A stretch of DNA of 64,000 bases from Candidatus Omnitrophota bacterium. GTDB taxonomy: Bacteria; Omnitrophota; Gorgyraeia; Aquiviventales; JACQRC01. The stretch spans positions 118-64,117 of the forward strand of contig JACQRC010000015.1 in NCBI GenBank assembly GCA_016206665.1. Reading direction: 5' to 3'. Shown here piece after piece: positions 17,609 through 26,572 of this stretch. The first letter of the stretch is position 1. The number at the start of each line of letters is the position of its first letter. Both the position numbers and the translations under genes were made by a program. A model generated the notes under the pieces. The model ran no database searches. It saw nothing but the letters and a program-made list of their open reading frames with translations, and was not told the DNA's origin.

Positions 17609-18591
17609 ATTCCTGGAAGGGCAAGCGGGTCGTCGTCACCGGGGCCGGTGGCTTCATCGGCAGCCACCTCACCGAGCGGCTGGTGGAGTTGGGGGCGACG
17701 ACTCGGGCGTTTGTCCACTACCATGCCAATGGGTCGTGGGGGCGGCTCGACGGCTCACCTCATCAAGACGCGATCGAGGTCATCGCCGGCGACATCTGTG
17801 ACCGGGAACGAGTAGCCCAGGCGCTGGAAGGGACCGACGTCGTCTTCCACCTGGCGGCGCTCATCACCATTCCCTACTCGTACGAGGCGCCGCAGTCGTA
17901 CGTGCGGACGATCATCCAGGGCACGCTCAACGTGCTGCAGGCCGCGCGGGACGCGGGGGTGCAGCGGGTGGTTCACACCTCCAGCAGCGAGGTATACGGG
18001 ACGGCCCGCTCCGTGCCGATCGATGAAGCGCATCCGCTCCAAGCGCAATCGCCGTACGCGGCCTGCAAGATTGGGGCCGACAAACTGGCCGAGGCCTTCC
18101 ATCGCTCGTTTGGAGTGCCTGTGGTGACGGTCCGCCCTTTCAACACCTACGGCCCACGGCAGTCGACCCGAGCGATCGTGCCGGCCATCATCACCCAATG
18201 TCTCACCAACGACCGCCTACGGTTAGGCAACCTATCACCGACCCGGGACCTCTTGTTTGTCGCGGACACGGTGGAAGGCTTTGTGCAGGCCGCCGTGGCG
18301 CCGCAGGCCGTGGGCCGGACCATCAATCTGGGGACCGGCCGCGAGATCACGATCGGCGCACTGGCCGAATTGATCGGCCAACTCTGCGGCAGCACCCTGA
18401 CGGTGGAGCGTGATGAGGAGCGCATGCGGCCCACGGGTAGTGAAGTCGGTCGGCTCGTCGCCGACATTCGACTGGCCAGGGAGCTGTTGGGCTGGCAGCC
18501 GTCTGTGTCATTGGAAGAGGGGCTGCGGCGGACGATTCAGTGGTATCGGGAGCATCTCGAGGGTTTTCGCGCCGGCGCCTACGCGCGGTAA
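17605..18591 (+). CDS. NAD-dependent sugar epimerase/4,6-dehydratase (extended SDR)
   Basis: ATG 17605 is in an ATGA overlap; an alternative ATG lies at 17593. Motifs are VVVTGAGGFIGSHL (GxxGxxG), TSSSEVYG and YAACK (YxxxK). Confidence 0.85.
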   Translation: MNSWKGKRVVVTGAGGFIGSHLTERLVELGATTRAFVHYHANGSWGRLDGSPHQDAIEVIAGDICDRERVAQALEGTDVVFHLAALITIPYSYEAPQSYVRTIIQGTLNVLQAARDAGVQRVVHTSSSEVYGTARSVPIDEAHPLQAQSPYAACKIGADKLAEAFHRSFGVPVVTVRPFNTYGPRQSTRAIVPAIITQCLTNDRLRLGNLSPTRDLLFVADTVEGFVQAAVAPQAVGRTINLGTGREITIGALAELIGQLCGSTLTVERDEERMRPTGSEVGRLVADIRLARELLGWQPSVSLEEGLRRTIQWYREHLEGFRAGAYAR

Positions 18592-18617
18592 CGCGGGGGA
18601 GCTGGAGAGCACACGCC

Positions 18618-20420
18618 ATGCAGATTGGTCAACGCCTCATCGATGAACACCGTCCCCTCGTCATCGCCGAGCTCGCCTCGGCGCACGAGGGCAGCATCGA
18701 GCAGGCCTGCACGTGGGTGCGGGCCGTGGCTGAGGCGGGCGGCGAGGCCGTCAAGTTCCAACTGGTCATCGCCAAGGAGCTCGTGACGCACCAGCACCCA
18801 CAAGCAGGCCGCTTTCGCTCACTGGAGCTTGGGCGGGAGGGCTGGGCGACGGTGCTCGCGGAGACGCGGCGGTGCGGGCTCATCCCGTTCGCCGATCTCT
18901 TTGGCGAACAGAGCTTGGCGTTGGCGCAGGAGTTGGGGTTTTCCGCGCTGAAAATTCCCTCGGCGACGTTCACGGATGCCGTCCTGGTCCCGCAGGTCGC
19001 GCGGTTGGGATTGCCGACGTTGTTATCAACGGCCGGGGCATCCCAAGAGGAAATCGGCTGGGTCGTGGAGCAATTCCGTTGCGCCAGACACGAAGCCTTC
19101 GTGCTGCTGCACGGGTTTCAGGGATTTCCGACACCGCCGGAACAAGCCCACTTGGCGCGCCTGGGCTGGCTGCGCGAGCGGTTCGGCTGTCCCGTGGGAC
19201 TCTCCGACCACGCCCCCGGTGATTCGCCGTGGGCGCAGCGGTTGCCGCTCATGGCCTCGGCACTGGGGGCCGTCATCATCGAGAAGCATGTGACGCTGGA
19301 CCGGAGCCGGCACGGCACGGACTGGGTCTCCTCGCTGGAGCCCGGCGAACTGCGCGAATTGATCGCGGCCCTGCGCGCAGCGCCCACGGCGCTGGGCCGG
19401 CCCGGCGGTGTGTGGCAGCCATCGGAGGCGGCCTACCGTCAACAGATGCGGCGACACCTCGTGGCACGGCACGCGCTCGCGGCGGGTGAGATCGTGACGT
19501 CGGAGAAGCTGATGGCGCGGCGGGTCGCGTCCTCTGACGCCATTGACCCGTGGTTTCTTCAACCCGCCGCCGGCCGGCCCGTGGTCGGTCAGAAGGCAGC
19601 GCGTGCGATCGCGGAGGGAGAGGCGCTCACGTGGAGCGATCTTGCCAACCCTGTCATCGCCGTGTGCATCGCGGTGCGTCTCAAGTCTCAACGATTACCG
19701 CGCAAGGCGCTGGCCGATCTGGCCGGCCGCACGGCGGTGGAACGGCTCATTGAGCGGCTCAAGACATCCCGGCGCGCGCAGCGGCTCGTGCTGTGCACCT
19801 CGACCTTGTCAGAAGACCAACCGCTCGTCGTACTCGCACAGCGGCTGGGCATCGCCTGGGTCTGCGGGGATGCCGATGACGTCATGGGGAGGTTTCTTCA
19901 GGCGGCGGATCAGGCGGGTGCCGACGTCATCGTGCGAGCAACGGGTGATAATCCCCTCACCGATGCCGAGACGATCGATCGGATGATCGAGGTTCATCTG
20001 GCCCATGACGCGGAGTACACCTACACGGAGGACTTGCCGGTCGGGACGTGTCCGGAGATTATCGCGGTGCCTGCCTTGCGTCGCCTCCATGGCCAGGCGG
20101 AAGATCCGACCCAGACCGAGTACATGACCTTGTATTTGCGGCAGCCGGGCGCGGTACGGGCCCACCGGTACAGCGTCGAGGATGCGCAGCTGGTGCGGCC
20201 GCAGTACCGCTTGACGTTGGATACGCCAGAAGATTTGGCGCTGCTGCGGGAGCTCTATCGGCGGCTGGGCGGCCGCTCCGACGTGGCCCTGATGGAGGTC
20301 ATCCGGTTGTTGGATGCCACCCCAGCGCTGGCCGGTCTCAACGCGCGGGTCGCGCAGCAGGACTTGTCCGGACGGATCAACACCCGGTTGCGCGCTCCGG
20401 CCGCAACCACGGCGGCCTAA
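18618..20420 (+). CDS. Fusion protein: divergent NeuB-like synthase domain (copy 2) + SpsF/NeuA-type cytidylyltransferase domain
   Basis: ATG 18618 comes after GGGGGAGCTGGAGAG. The N-terminal half has VIAELASAHEGS, AVKFQLV, GLSDHAPG, IIEKHVTLD and a SAF-like GEIVTSEKLMARR. The C-terminal half (IAVCIAVRLKSQRLPRKALADLAGRT...ATGDNPL...) is of the CTP_transf_3 type. Confidence 0.75.
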   Translation: MQIGQRLIDEHRPLVIAELASAHEGSIEQACTWVRAVAEAGGEAVKFQLVIAKELVTHQHPQAGRFRSLELGREGWATVLAETRRCGLIPFADLFGEQSLALAQELGFSALKIPSATFTDAVLVPQVARLGLPTLLSTAGASQEEIGWVVEQFRCARHEAFVLLHGFQGFPTPPEQAHLARLGWLRERFGCPVGLSDHAPGDSPWAQRLPLMASALGAVIIEKHVTLDRSRHGTDWVSSLEPGELRELIAALRAAPTALGRPGGVWQPSEAAYRQQMRRHLVARHALAAGEIVTSEKLMARRVASSDAIDPWFLQPAAGRPVVGQKAARAIAEGEALTWSDLANPVIAVCIAVRLKSQRLPRKALADLAGRTAVERLIERLKTSRRAQRLVLCTSTLSEDQPLVVLAQRLGIAWVCGDADDVMGRFLQAADQAGADVIVRATGDNPLTDAETIDRMIEVHLAHDAEYTYTEDLPVGTCPEIIAVPALRRLHGQAEDPTQTEYMTLYLRQPGAVRAHRYSVEDAQLVRPQYRLTLDTPEDLALLRELYRRLGGRSDVALMEVIRLLDATPALAGLNARVAQQDLSGRINTRLRAPAATTAA

Positions 20421-20446
20421 ACCGGACCGCCGGCCAAGGAGACATC

Positions 20447-21544
20447 ATGGGGCTGGTCAACTTCTACGTGGAACGGGGATGGCTGCGACGCAAAGCCGCC
20501 TGGGTGCGGGAGCTCTGGCAGCGCGGCTTCGACTGGCGCTTCCTCGTCTACCGCGCCAAGTTCAATTGGTCACACCGCCTCGATCGGCCGGGCCGCTTTC
20601 CAGCCCACCTCGACATCGAGACGACCGACGCCTGCAACCTGCGGTGCGTCATGTGCGTCCAGGGCATCGGCGAGGGCGTGCAGAACACCGGCATGATTGA
20701 CATGGACTTCGCGAAGCGGCTCATCGACCAGGGCGCCACGCATGGCCTCTACTCGATCAAGTTCAACTGGCGGGGTGAACCGGCGCTGCACGCGGGCCTC
20801 GTGGAGTTGGTGCGGTATGCCAAGTCACGGGGGATTCTCGAGGTGCAGTTCAACACGAACGGCATTCCCTACACCGAATCCAAGATTCGGGAGCTCGTCC
20901 TCTCCGGCCTCGACCGGATCATCTTCTCCATGGATGGGGCGACCAAGGCCACCTACGAGAAGATTCGCGTCGGCAGCGATTATGACAAGCTGGTCGAGAA
21001 TGTGAAACGCTTCCATGCCATCCGGACGGAGCTCAAGCGGGAACGCCCCTTCATCCGCATCCAGATGGTACGGATGAAGGACAACCAGCACGAGGTGGAC
21101 CAGTTCATCGCGATGTGGAAGCCGTTTGTCGATGATATCCGCGTCGATGATGTGTCGAATCGCGGGCAGGGGAACCAAATGTCGGTCGGCGACTGGGTCT
21201 CCACAGGCCGCAAACGCTGCCCGCAGCCGTGGCAGCGGATGATCGTCTCCCGCGACGGCAAGGTGCTGCCGTGCTGCGCCGACTGGAACCGGGAGTTCAT
21301 CATCGGTGACGCCACGAAGGAGCCCTTGACGCAGATTTGGCGCGGCAAGCGGATGGAGATGATGCGCCAGGTGCAGCGGGACATCCGGTTGAACGAGATC
21401 GACCCCTGCCGCTACTGTTACGTCAAGGAAAGCTACACGTGGCAGCGGATGGACCGGCAGGTTCCGCCGGCGGCGCCTCCGAACCCGCCGGGGGAGCCGA
21501 TCTTGGAACCTGCCGCGCATGCGACGCCGGTGGCGGCGTGCTAA
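20447..21544 (+). CDS. Radical SAM enzyme with SPASM/twitch-like C-terminus, type-1 copy B
   Basis: ATG 20447 is preceded by AAGGAGA. Motifs are TTDACNLRCVMC (CxxxCxxC), FIRIQMV, and the C-terminal CPQPWQRMIVSRDGKVLPCCADWN...PCRYC. It is a paralogue of the 3206 gene by eye. Confidence 0.8.
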   Translation: MGLVNFYVERGWLRRKAAWVRELWQRGFDWRFLVYRAKFNWSHRLDRPGRFPAHLDIETTDACNLRCVMCVQGIGEGVQNTGMIDMDFAKRLIDQGATHGLYSIKFNWRGEPALHAGLVELVRYAKSRGILEVQFNTNGIPYTESKIRELVLSGLDRIIFSMDGATKATYEKIRVGSDYDKLVENVKRFHAIRTELKRERPFIRIQMVRMKDNQHEVDQFIAMWKPFVDDIRVDDVSNRGQGNQMSVGDWVSTGRKRCPQPWQRMIVSRDGKVLPCCADWNREFIIGDATKEPLTQIWRGKRMEMMRQVQRDIRLNEIDPCRYCYVKESYTWQRMDRQVPPAAPPNPPGEPILEPAAHATPVAAC

Positions 21545-21558
21545 GCGGAGAGCGAGCG

Positions 21559-22653
21559 ATGGCGACGATTACAATCGGCAACAAGCGCGTCGGTCCTGGC
21601 CGGCCCACCTTCGTCATTGCCGAGGCCGGGTGTAATCACGAGTGCAACCTGACGACGGCGAAGCGGATGGTCCGCGAGGCGGCCCGGGCCGGCGCGGACG
21701 CCATCAAATTCCAAACCTACAAAGCCGAGACCTTGGCGACGCGCACGGCACCCAAATACTGGAAGCACATCCCCGGCTCTCCGAGGACGCAGTTCGAGTT
21801 CTTCAAGCAGCTGGACCATTTCGGCCGGCGGGAGTTTGCCGCGCTGGCGCAGGAGTGCCGGCGCGCGGGCATCCTGTTCTTGTCCACGCCGTGGGACCTG
21901 CGCAGCGCGGATCTGCTCGATGACCTGGGCATGCCGGCCTTCAAGATCGGCTCGGCGGATCTGACCTACCTGCCGCTCATCCGCCACTGCGCGGCGAAGG
22001 GCAAGCCGATGATCTTGTCCACCGGTGCGGCGACGCTGGCGGAGATGCGGCAGGCCGTGAACGCCGTGCTGGAGACCGGCAACCGGCAACTCATCCTGCT
22101 GCACTGCATTCTGGCGTATCACACCGAGCCGCCGGACGTCCATCTGGCCATGATCGGCGAGCTGCAACGGCGGTTTCCAGACGTGCCCATCGGCTTCTCG
22201 GACCACACCATCGCCGACGCCTGTCTGACAATCCAAACAGCGGCGGTCGCCGCGGGCGCACGCGTGGTGGAGAAGCACTTTACGTTGAACCAGCGCGCAT
22301 CAGGGAACGACCACTGGCATTCCCTAGAGCCCGGCAGCTTGGCGCAGATGGTCAAGAATTTCCGCGTAGTGGAGCAGGCCCTGGGACAGGCGGGCCCCCG
22401 CCGACCGCTCGCTTGCGAACTGCCCGCGAGGCGGCTGGCGCGTCGCAGCGTCGTCGCCATCCGCGAGATCCCGCGCGGTGCGCGGATTGAGGAAGGATGG
22501 CTGACAGGCAAACGGCCGGGCACCGGCATTTCGCCGGCGCAGTTGTCCCGCATCGTCGGGCGCCGCGCGCGGCGGACCATTCCGGAAGACACGGTGATCA
22601 CCTGGTCCATGATTGGTGGGGCGCGCAAACTCGATGAGGCGATCGCCGTCTAA
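21559..22653 (+). CDS. NeuB/PseI/LegI-family nonulosonic-acid synthase, copy 3
   Basis: ATG 21559. Motifs are VIAEAGCNHECN, AIKFQTY, GFSDHT and VVEKHFTLN, with a C-terminal SAF-like region (IPRGARIEEGWLTGKRPGTG). Confidence 0.85.
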   Translation: MATITIGNKRVGPGRPTFVIAEAGCNHECNLTTAKRMVREAARAGADAIKFQTYKAETLATRTAPKYWKHIPGSPRTQFEFFKQLDHFGRREFAALAQECRRAGILFLSTPWDLRSADLLDDLGMPAFKIGSADLTYLPLIRHCAAKGKPMILSTGAATLAEMRQAVNAVLETGNRQLILLHCILAYHTEPPDVHLAMIGELQRRFPDVPIGFSDHTIADACLTIQTAAVAAGARVVEKHFTLNQRASGNDHWHSLEPGSLAQMVKNFRVVEQALGQAGPRRPLACELPARRLARRSVVAIREIPRGARIEEGWLTGKRPGTGISPAQLSRIVGRRARRTIPEDTVITWSMIGGARKLDEAIAV

Positions 22654-22654
22654 G

Positions 22655-23764
22655 ATGCTCATGCCGAGGCCACGGGTCACGATTCATCTGCACGCCAGCG
22701 AGCAGATTGGGACGGGACATCTGTTCCGCATGCTCTGGCTGGCCCGCCGCCTGCGCCAGCAGGGTGTGACGGTGGAGATGCTGCTTCGGGGGAAGGCCGC
22801 GGTGGCGGCATCCATTCGGCGATGGGGTATTGCCGTGCAGGCCTATCCGGATGCTGTCCCCATGCGCCAGGCGGTAACACGGTATCTGCTGGGTCTGCGC
22901 CGCCGGCCGTCGGTGTGGGTGAACGATTGTTTGACCGTTCCCCGCACGGTGAACGTGGCCATCCAGCGCCACCGCATTCCGATTGTGACGCTGGATGACC
23001 TGGCGCGCGGTTTGTCGTCGGAGGATTGCGTGGTGAACGCCCAGCCGTCCTTTTGGCACACTGTCCGGCTCACCACCCCCGCCCAGGTGTGTCAGGGGCC
23101 GAGGTACAAGGTGCTGCATCCGGCGGTCCAGCAGTACCACGACCGTCCCAAACGCCTCGCGCGCCGCCGGCGGTACCACGTCGCCGTGACCTTCGGTGGC
23201 ACCGACCAGCACGGGCTGCTCTTTGAGGTCCTGCGCGCCATGCGCCGGGTCCAGCACCCGGTGCAGTGGCACCTTTTTCTCGGGCCGATGTTTGCCCATC
23301 GCCGGCGTCTGGGTGCGTGGCGGCGCCGGCTGGCGGGCGGCGCCGTGCGGGTCCGGTGGCACGACGGGAGTTGGAACGTGATTCCGCTCTTTGCCCGGAT
23401 GGACGCGGCGATCTGCTCCTGCGGGTTAACCATTTTCGAGATGATGGGCGTCGGCACGCCTGCGCTGGCGGTTGCCAACGCGCCGCACGAGGCGCACAAC
23501 GGCCGGTATTTTGCGTCGGAGGGCGGGTGTCAGTTTCTGGGCCTCCATCGCCGCGTCACGGCGCGCGCCATCGCCGACGCGCTCGACGATTTGTTGGAGG
23601 ACGGGGCGCGCCGGGCCGCCATGTCACGGCGTGGCAAGGCGCTGGTGGACGGCCGGGGTCTGGAGCGGGTGACGGAGCTCATCATGGAGCGGCTGTCGGC
23701 TCCCGCGCCCCGTTGCGCGCGGGCGCGCAACGGGGCAGCTCATCTGGTCGGAGCGTCGACGTGA
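22655..23764 (+). CDS. PseG/SpsG-like protein (GT-B fold), copy 2
   Basis: ATG 22655 lies 1 nt after the upstream stop. Motifs are ASEQIGTGHLFRMLWLARRL, VTFGGTDQ and CSCGLTIFEMMGVGTPALAVANAPHE. Confidence 0.7.
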   Translation: MLMPRPRVTIHLHASEQIGTGHLFRMLWLARRLRQQGVTVEMLLRGKAAVAASIRRWGIAVQAYPDAVPMRQAVTRYLLGLRRRPSVWVNDCLTVPRTVNVAIQRHRIPIVTLDDLARGLSSEDCVVNAQPSFWHTVRLTTPAQVCQGPRYKVLHPAVQQYHDRPKRLARRRRYHVAVTFGGTDQHGLLFEVLRAMRRVQHPVQWHLFLGPMFAHRRRLGAWRRRLAGGAVRVRWHDGSWNVIPLFARMDAAICSCGLTIFEMMGVGTPALAVANAPHEAHNGRYFASEGGCQFLGLHRRVTARAIADALDDLLEDGARRAAMSRRGKALVDGRGLERVTELIMERLSAPAPRCARARNGAAHLVGAST

Positions 23765-25578
23765 CACAGCCCATCGTGATCATCGGCAATCATCCGCAGC
23801 GTATCGTGCAGGCGGCCGGCAGGGGACGGAGCCTGCGATATCTGCTGCCGGTCGAAACACCCGAGCTGCGGCGCGTGGCGGAGCGCCTCGAGGCGGACGG
23901 CGCAGCGCAGGAGGTGCCGCGGGCGAGCTGGCATGGGCAGCGGGCGGAGTTTCGCCGTCAGTACATCGCCTGCCTCGGTGCGGTGAATCGTCGGCACCGC
24001 AGCCCCGCGTGGTGGGCAAGGACCTTTACGACCAAGCATGCGCTGTCCTCGCCGTTGTGCCGGCAGATGTTCACCTGTTGGCTGGCCGCCCAGGTGATGC
24101 GCCGCGACCCGGCGTCGTCGATGGTGGTGTTGACGGACGATGCGGTAGTGGCATCGGCGCTGGCGCGCTGGGCGCGGCCCGCCGGCTGGCGGTGCGTCAC
24201 GGCGGTGCGGCAGTCCGGGGGTGTCGGGCAGCGTCTCCGGCGCTCGCGGCTCTGCGTGTTCACGGTGGCGCTGCTGCGGTTCCTGCGCGTGTGGTGGGCG
24301 ACCCGGCACTTACGGCCCCGCGGGTCGGGGGATGAGCACGTGATCCTCCTGAGCCTCATCCACCCGCGCTATTCCTGGACCGCAGACGGCCGCTACCAGG
24401 ATGCCTATTTCGGACGCCTGGTGGACTATCTGGGGACTCGTCAGCCGCCCACGCTCATCCTCGGCGTGTTGGATGGCGCGTGGTGGGAGAATCCGCAGTG
24501 GCTCAAGCGCCTCGACGGCCCGGTTCCCGTTGTGCCGGTGCCGGCCTGCGTGACCTGGCCGGCACTGGTGCGAAGCATGGCGCGAACGCTGCGGGCCTTT
24601 GGCTATCCGGAGACGGTGCAGCGGTCGGTGAAACTGGACGACATGGATTTGACGACGCTGGTCGAGCACGCGATGCGCGATCCGAGACAGGTCGGTCAGT
24701 ATCTGCTCAATCTGACGGTGGAGGAGGCGGTGCGCTTTCTGGCCCGGCGGCTGCGGGTGAGCCGATGCATCTATCCCTACGAGAATCGGGCCTTTGAAAA
24801 ACTGGCGCTGCTGGCGTTCCGCGAGGTCTCGCCGCACACGCGGCTCATCGGCTATCAGCATGCCAGCATCTCGCACAACCATCCCAATCTCTTCTTTGCC
24901 GAGGGGGAAGCCGCCGCAACACCGCTGCCCGATGTCATCATCACGATGGGTGAGATCACCCGTCACTGGCTGGAGCAGGAAGGCCGGTACCCGCCAGGGC
25001 TGCTGCGAGCCGGTTGCGCGTTGCGGCAGCGCACGCTGGAGCGTCGGCCGGAGCCGAAATCCTGGTCACGGCCCGTGCGCCATCTGTTAGCGGCGCTGGC
25101 GACAGGCGGCTGGGAGTACGCCAGGACCTTGGAGTGGTTGCAGGAGGTGGCCGCGGAGCCATCCTATCAGGTGCGCGTGCGTCCCCATCCCGGCATTCCG
25201 CTCGACGAAGCGTTCCGCATCGCGCCCGTGTTGCGCCGGGATTTCTTTTCGGTCAGCAGCGGGTCACTCGAAGACGATCTGCGGTGGGCGGATGTCGTGC
25301 TCTACGCTTCCTCCACCGCCGGATTGGAAGCGATGGCCTGGGGGCTGCCGGTCGTCTATCTCGACCTGGGCGGGGCGATCAACTCCGATCCCATCGTGGG
25401 CGGGGCGGCATTCAAATGGTCGGCCGCCACGCCGGAGCAGTTGCGGGAAATGCTGGATGCCATCGGCGCCCTGTCCGAGGACGAGGCGGCGCGGCAGCGG
25501 GCATTGGCAGGGGAGTACGCGGCGCGGTACCTGCGGCCGGTCACGACCGACCGGCTGCAAGCCTTTGTGGAGGTCTGA
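23761..25578 (+). CDS. Large uncharacterised protein with GT-B-like C-terminal half, copy B
   Basis: GTG 23761 sits in a GTGA overlap; the track start 23266 runs through the upstream gene in another frame. The C-terminal DDLRWADVVLYASSTAGLEAMAWGLPVVYLDLGG is GT-B-like and alignable to the 8567 protein. Confidence 0.45.
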   Translation: MTQPIVIIGNHPQRIVQAAGRGRSLRYLLPVETPELRRVAERLEADGAAQEVPRASWHGQRAEFRRQYIACLGAVNRRHRSPAWWARTFTTKHALSSPLCRQMFTCWLAAQVMRRDPASSMVVLTDDAVVASALARWARPAGWRCVTAVRQSGGVGQRLRRSRLCVFTVALLRFLRVWWATRHLRPRGSGDEHVILLSLIHPRYSWTADGRYQDAYFGRLVDYLGTRQPPTLILGVLDGAWWENPQWLKRLDGPVPVVPVPACVTWPALVRSMARTLRAFGYPETVQRSVKLDDMDLTTLVEHAMRDPRQVGQYLLNLTVEEAVRFLARRLRVSRCIYPYENRAFEKLALLAFREVSPHTRLIGYQHASISHNHPNLFFAEGEAAATPLPDVIITMGEITRHWLEQEGRYPPGLLRAGCALRQRTLERRPEPKSWSRPVRHLLAALATGGWEYARTLEWLQEVAAEPSYQVRVRPHPGIPLDEAFRIAPVLRRDFFSVSSGSLEDDLRWADVVLYASSTAGLEAMAWGLPVVYLDLGGAINSDPIVGGAAFKWSAATPEQLREMLDAIGALSEDEAARQRALAGEYAARYLRPVTTDRLQAFVEV

Positions 25579-26570
25579 TGATGGCCGTGCCTGATCTGTC
25601 ACTCATCTTTCCGGTCCGCAATGAAGCCGGCAACCTCGAGGCGCTCTACACGCGGGTGCGCGACGCGCTGCGCCAGGCGCAGGTCTCCTACGAACTGCTG
25701 TTTGTCGACGACGGCAGCACGGACCGCTCGCTGGAGCTCATCAAGGAACTGCGCGCGCGAGATGGGCAGGTGCGGTACCTGTCGCTCTCCCGTTCGTTCG
25801 GCCATCAGGCGGCGCTCTTCGCGGGGCTGTGCGCGGTGCGGGGCCGGGCAGTCATCATGATGGACGCTGACTTGCAGCATCCGCCGGAGCTCATCCCCGA
25901 GATGATCCGTTTGTGGCGGGAAGGGTACGAGGTCGTCTACACGACGAAGCGCCAGCAGGCACTGCCATGGTGGTGGCGGTGGCAGATGCAGATGTTTTAC
26001 GCCGTCGTGTCGAAGCTGTGCGGGCTCAAGCTCTCGCCGGGCCAGTCCGACTACCGGCTGCTGGACTGCCGGGTGGCGGAGGTCCTGCGGTCCATGCCGG
26101 AGTACAAGAAATTCCTCCGGGGACTGGTCAGCTGGGTCGGCTTCAAGCAGTACGGAATCGAGTACACGCTGCCGGCGCGCCAGGAGGGCCGCTCCCAGTA
26201 CATCTATCGCGACCGCTTGGAGCTGGCCCTTGATGGGATCTTTGCCTTCTCGGTCGTGCCGCTGCGGTTGCTGCTCCTCTTCGGCCTCATCGTCGCCACG
26301 CTGACCTTTCCTTATATCGTGGTGATCGTCGTGCTCGGTGTCGGCCGGTGGCTGGGCAGCCCCGTCTATCTGCCGCCAGGGTGGGCGACGGTGGCCGTCT
26401 CGGTCCTGTGGCTGGGGAGCATCCAGCTGATCGCCATCGGGATCTTAGGCGAGTACATCGCCCGCATCTACGACCAGACCAAGGCCCGGCCGGCGTTCAT
26501 CATTCGCGAGGCATCCGACGCAGGCGCCTCATCCACGATGGCATCGTCCCTGCTGGTCGAGGAGGCGTAG
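25578..26570 (+). CDS. GT2 polyprenyl-phosphate sugar synthase (GtrB/ArnC/DPM1-like, two C-terminal TM helices)
   Basis: TGATG junction. Motifs are LSLIFPVRNE, FVDDGSTD and MDADLQHPP (DxD), with C-terminal hydrophobic helices (LLLLFGLIVATLTF..., VSVLWLGSIQLIAIGILGEY). Confidence 0.85.
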   Translation: MMAVPDLSLIFPVRNEAGNLEALYTRVRDALRQAQVSYELLFVDDGSTDRSLELIKELRARDGQVRYLSLSRSFGHQAALFAGLCAVRGRAVIMMDADLQHPPELIPEMIRLWREGYEVVYTTKRQQALPWWWRWQMQMFYAVVSKLCGLKLSPGQSDYRLLDCRVAEVLRSMPEYKKFLRGLVSWVGFKQYGIEYTLPARQEGRSQYIYRDRLELALDGIFAFSVVPLRLLLLFGLIVATLTFPYIVVIVVLGVGRWLGSPVYLPPGWATVAVSVLWLGSIQLIAIGILGEYIARIYDQTKARPAFIIREASDAGASSTMASSLLVEEA

Positions 26571-26572
26571 GC

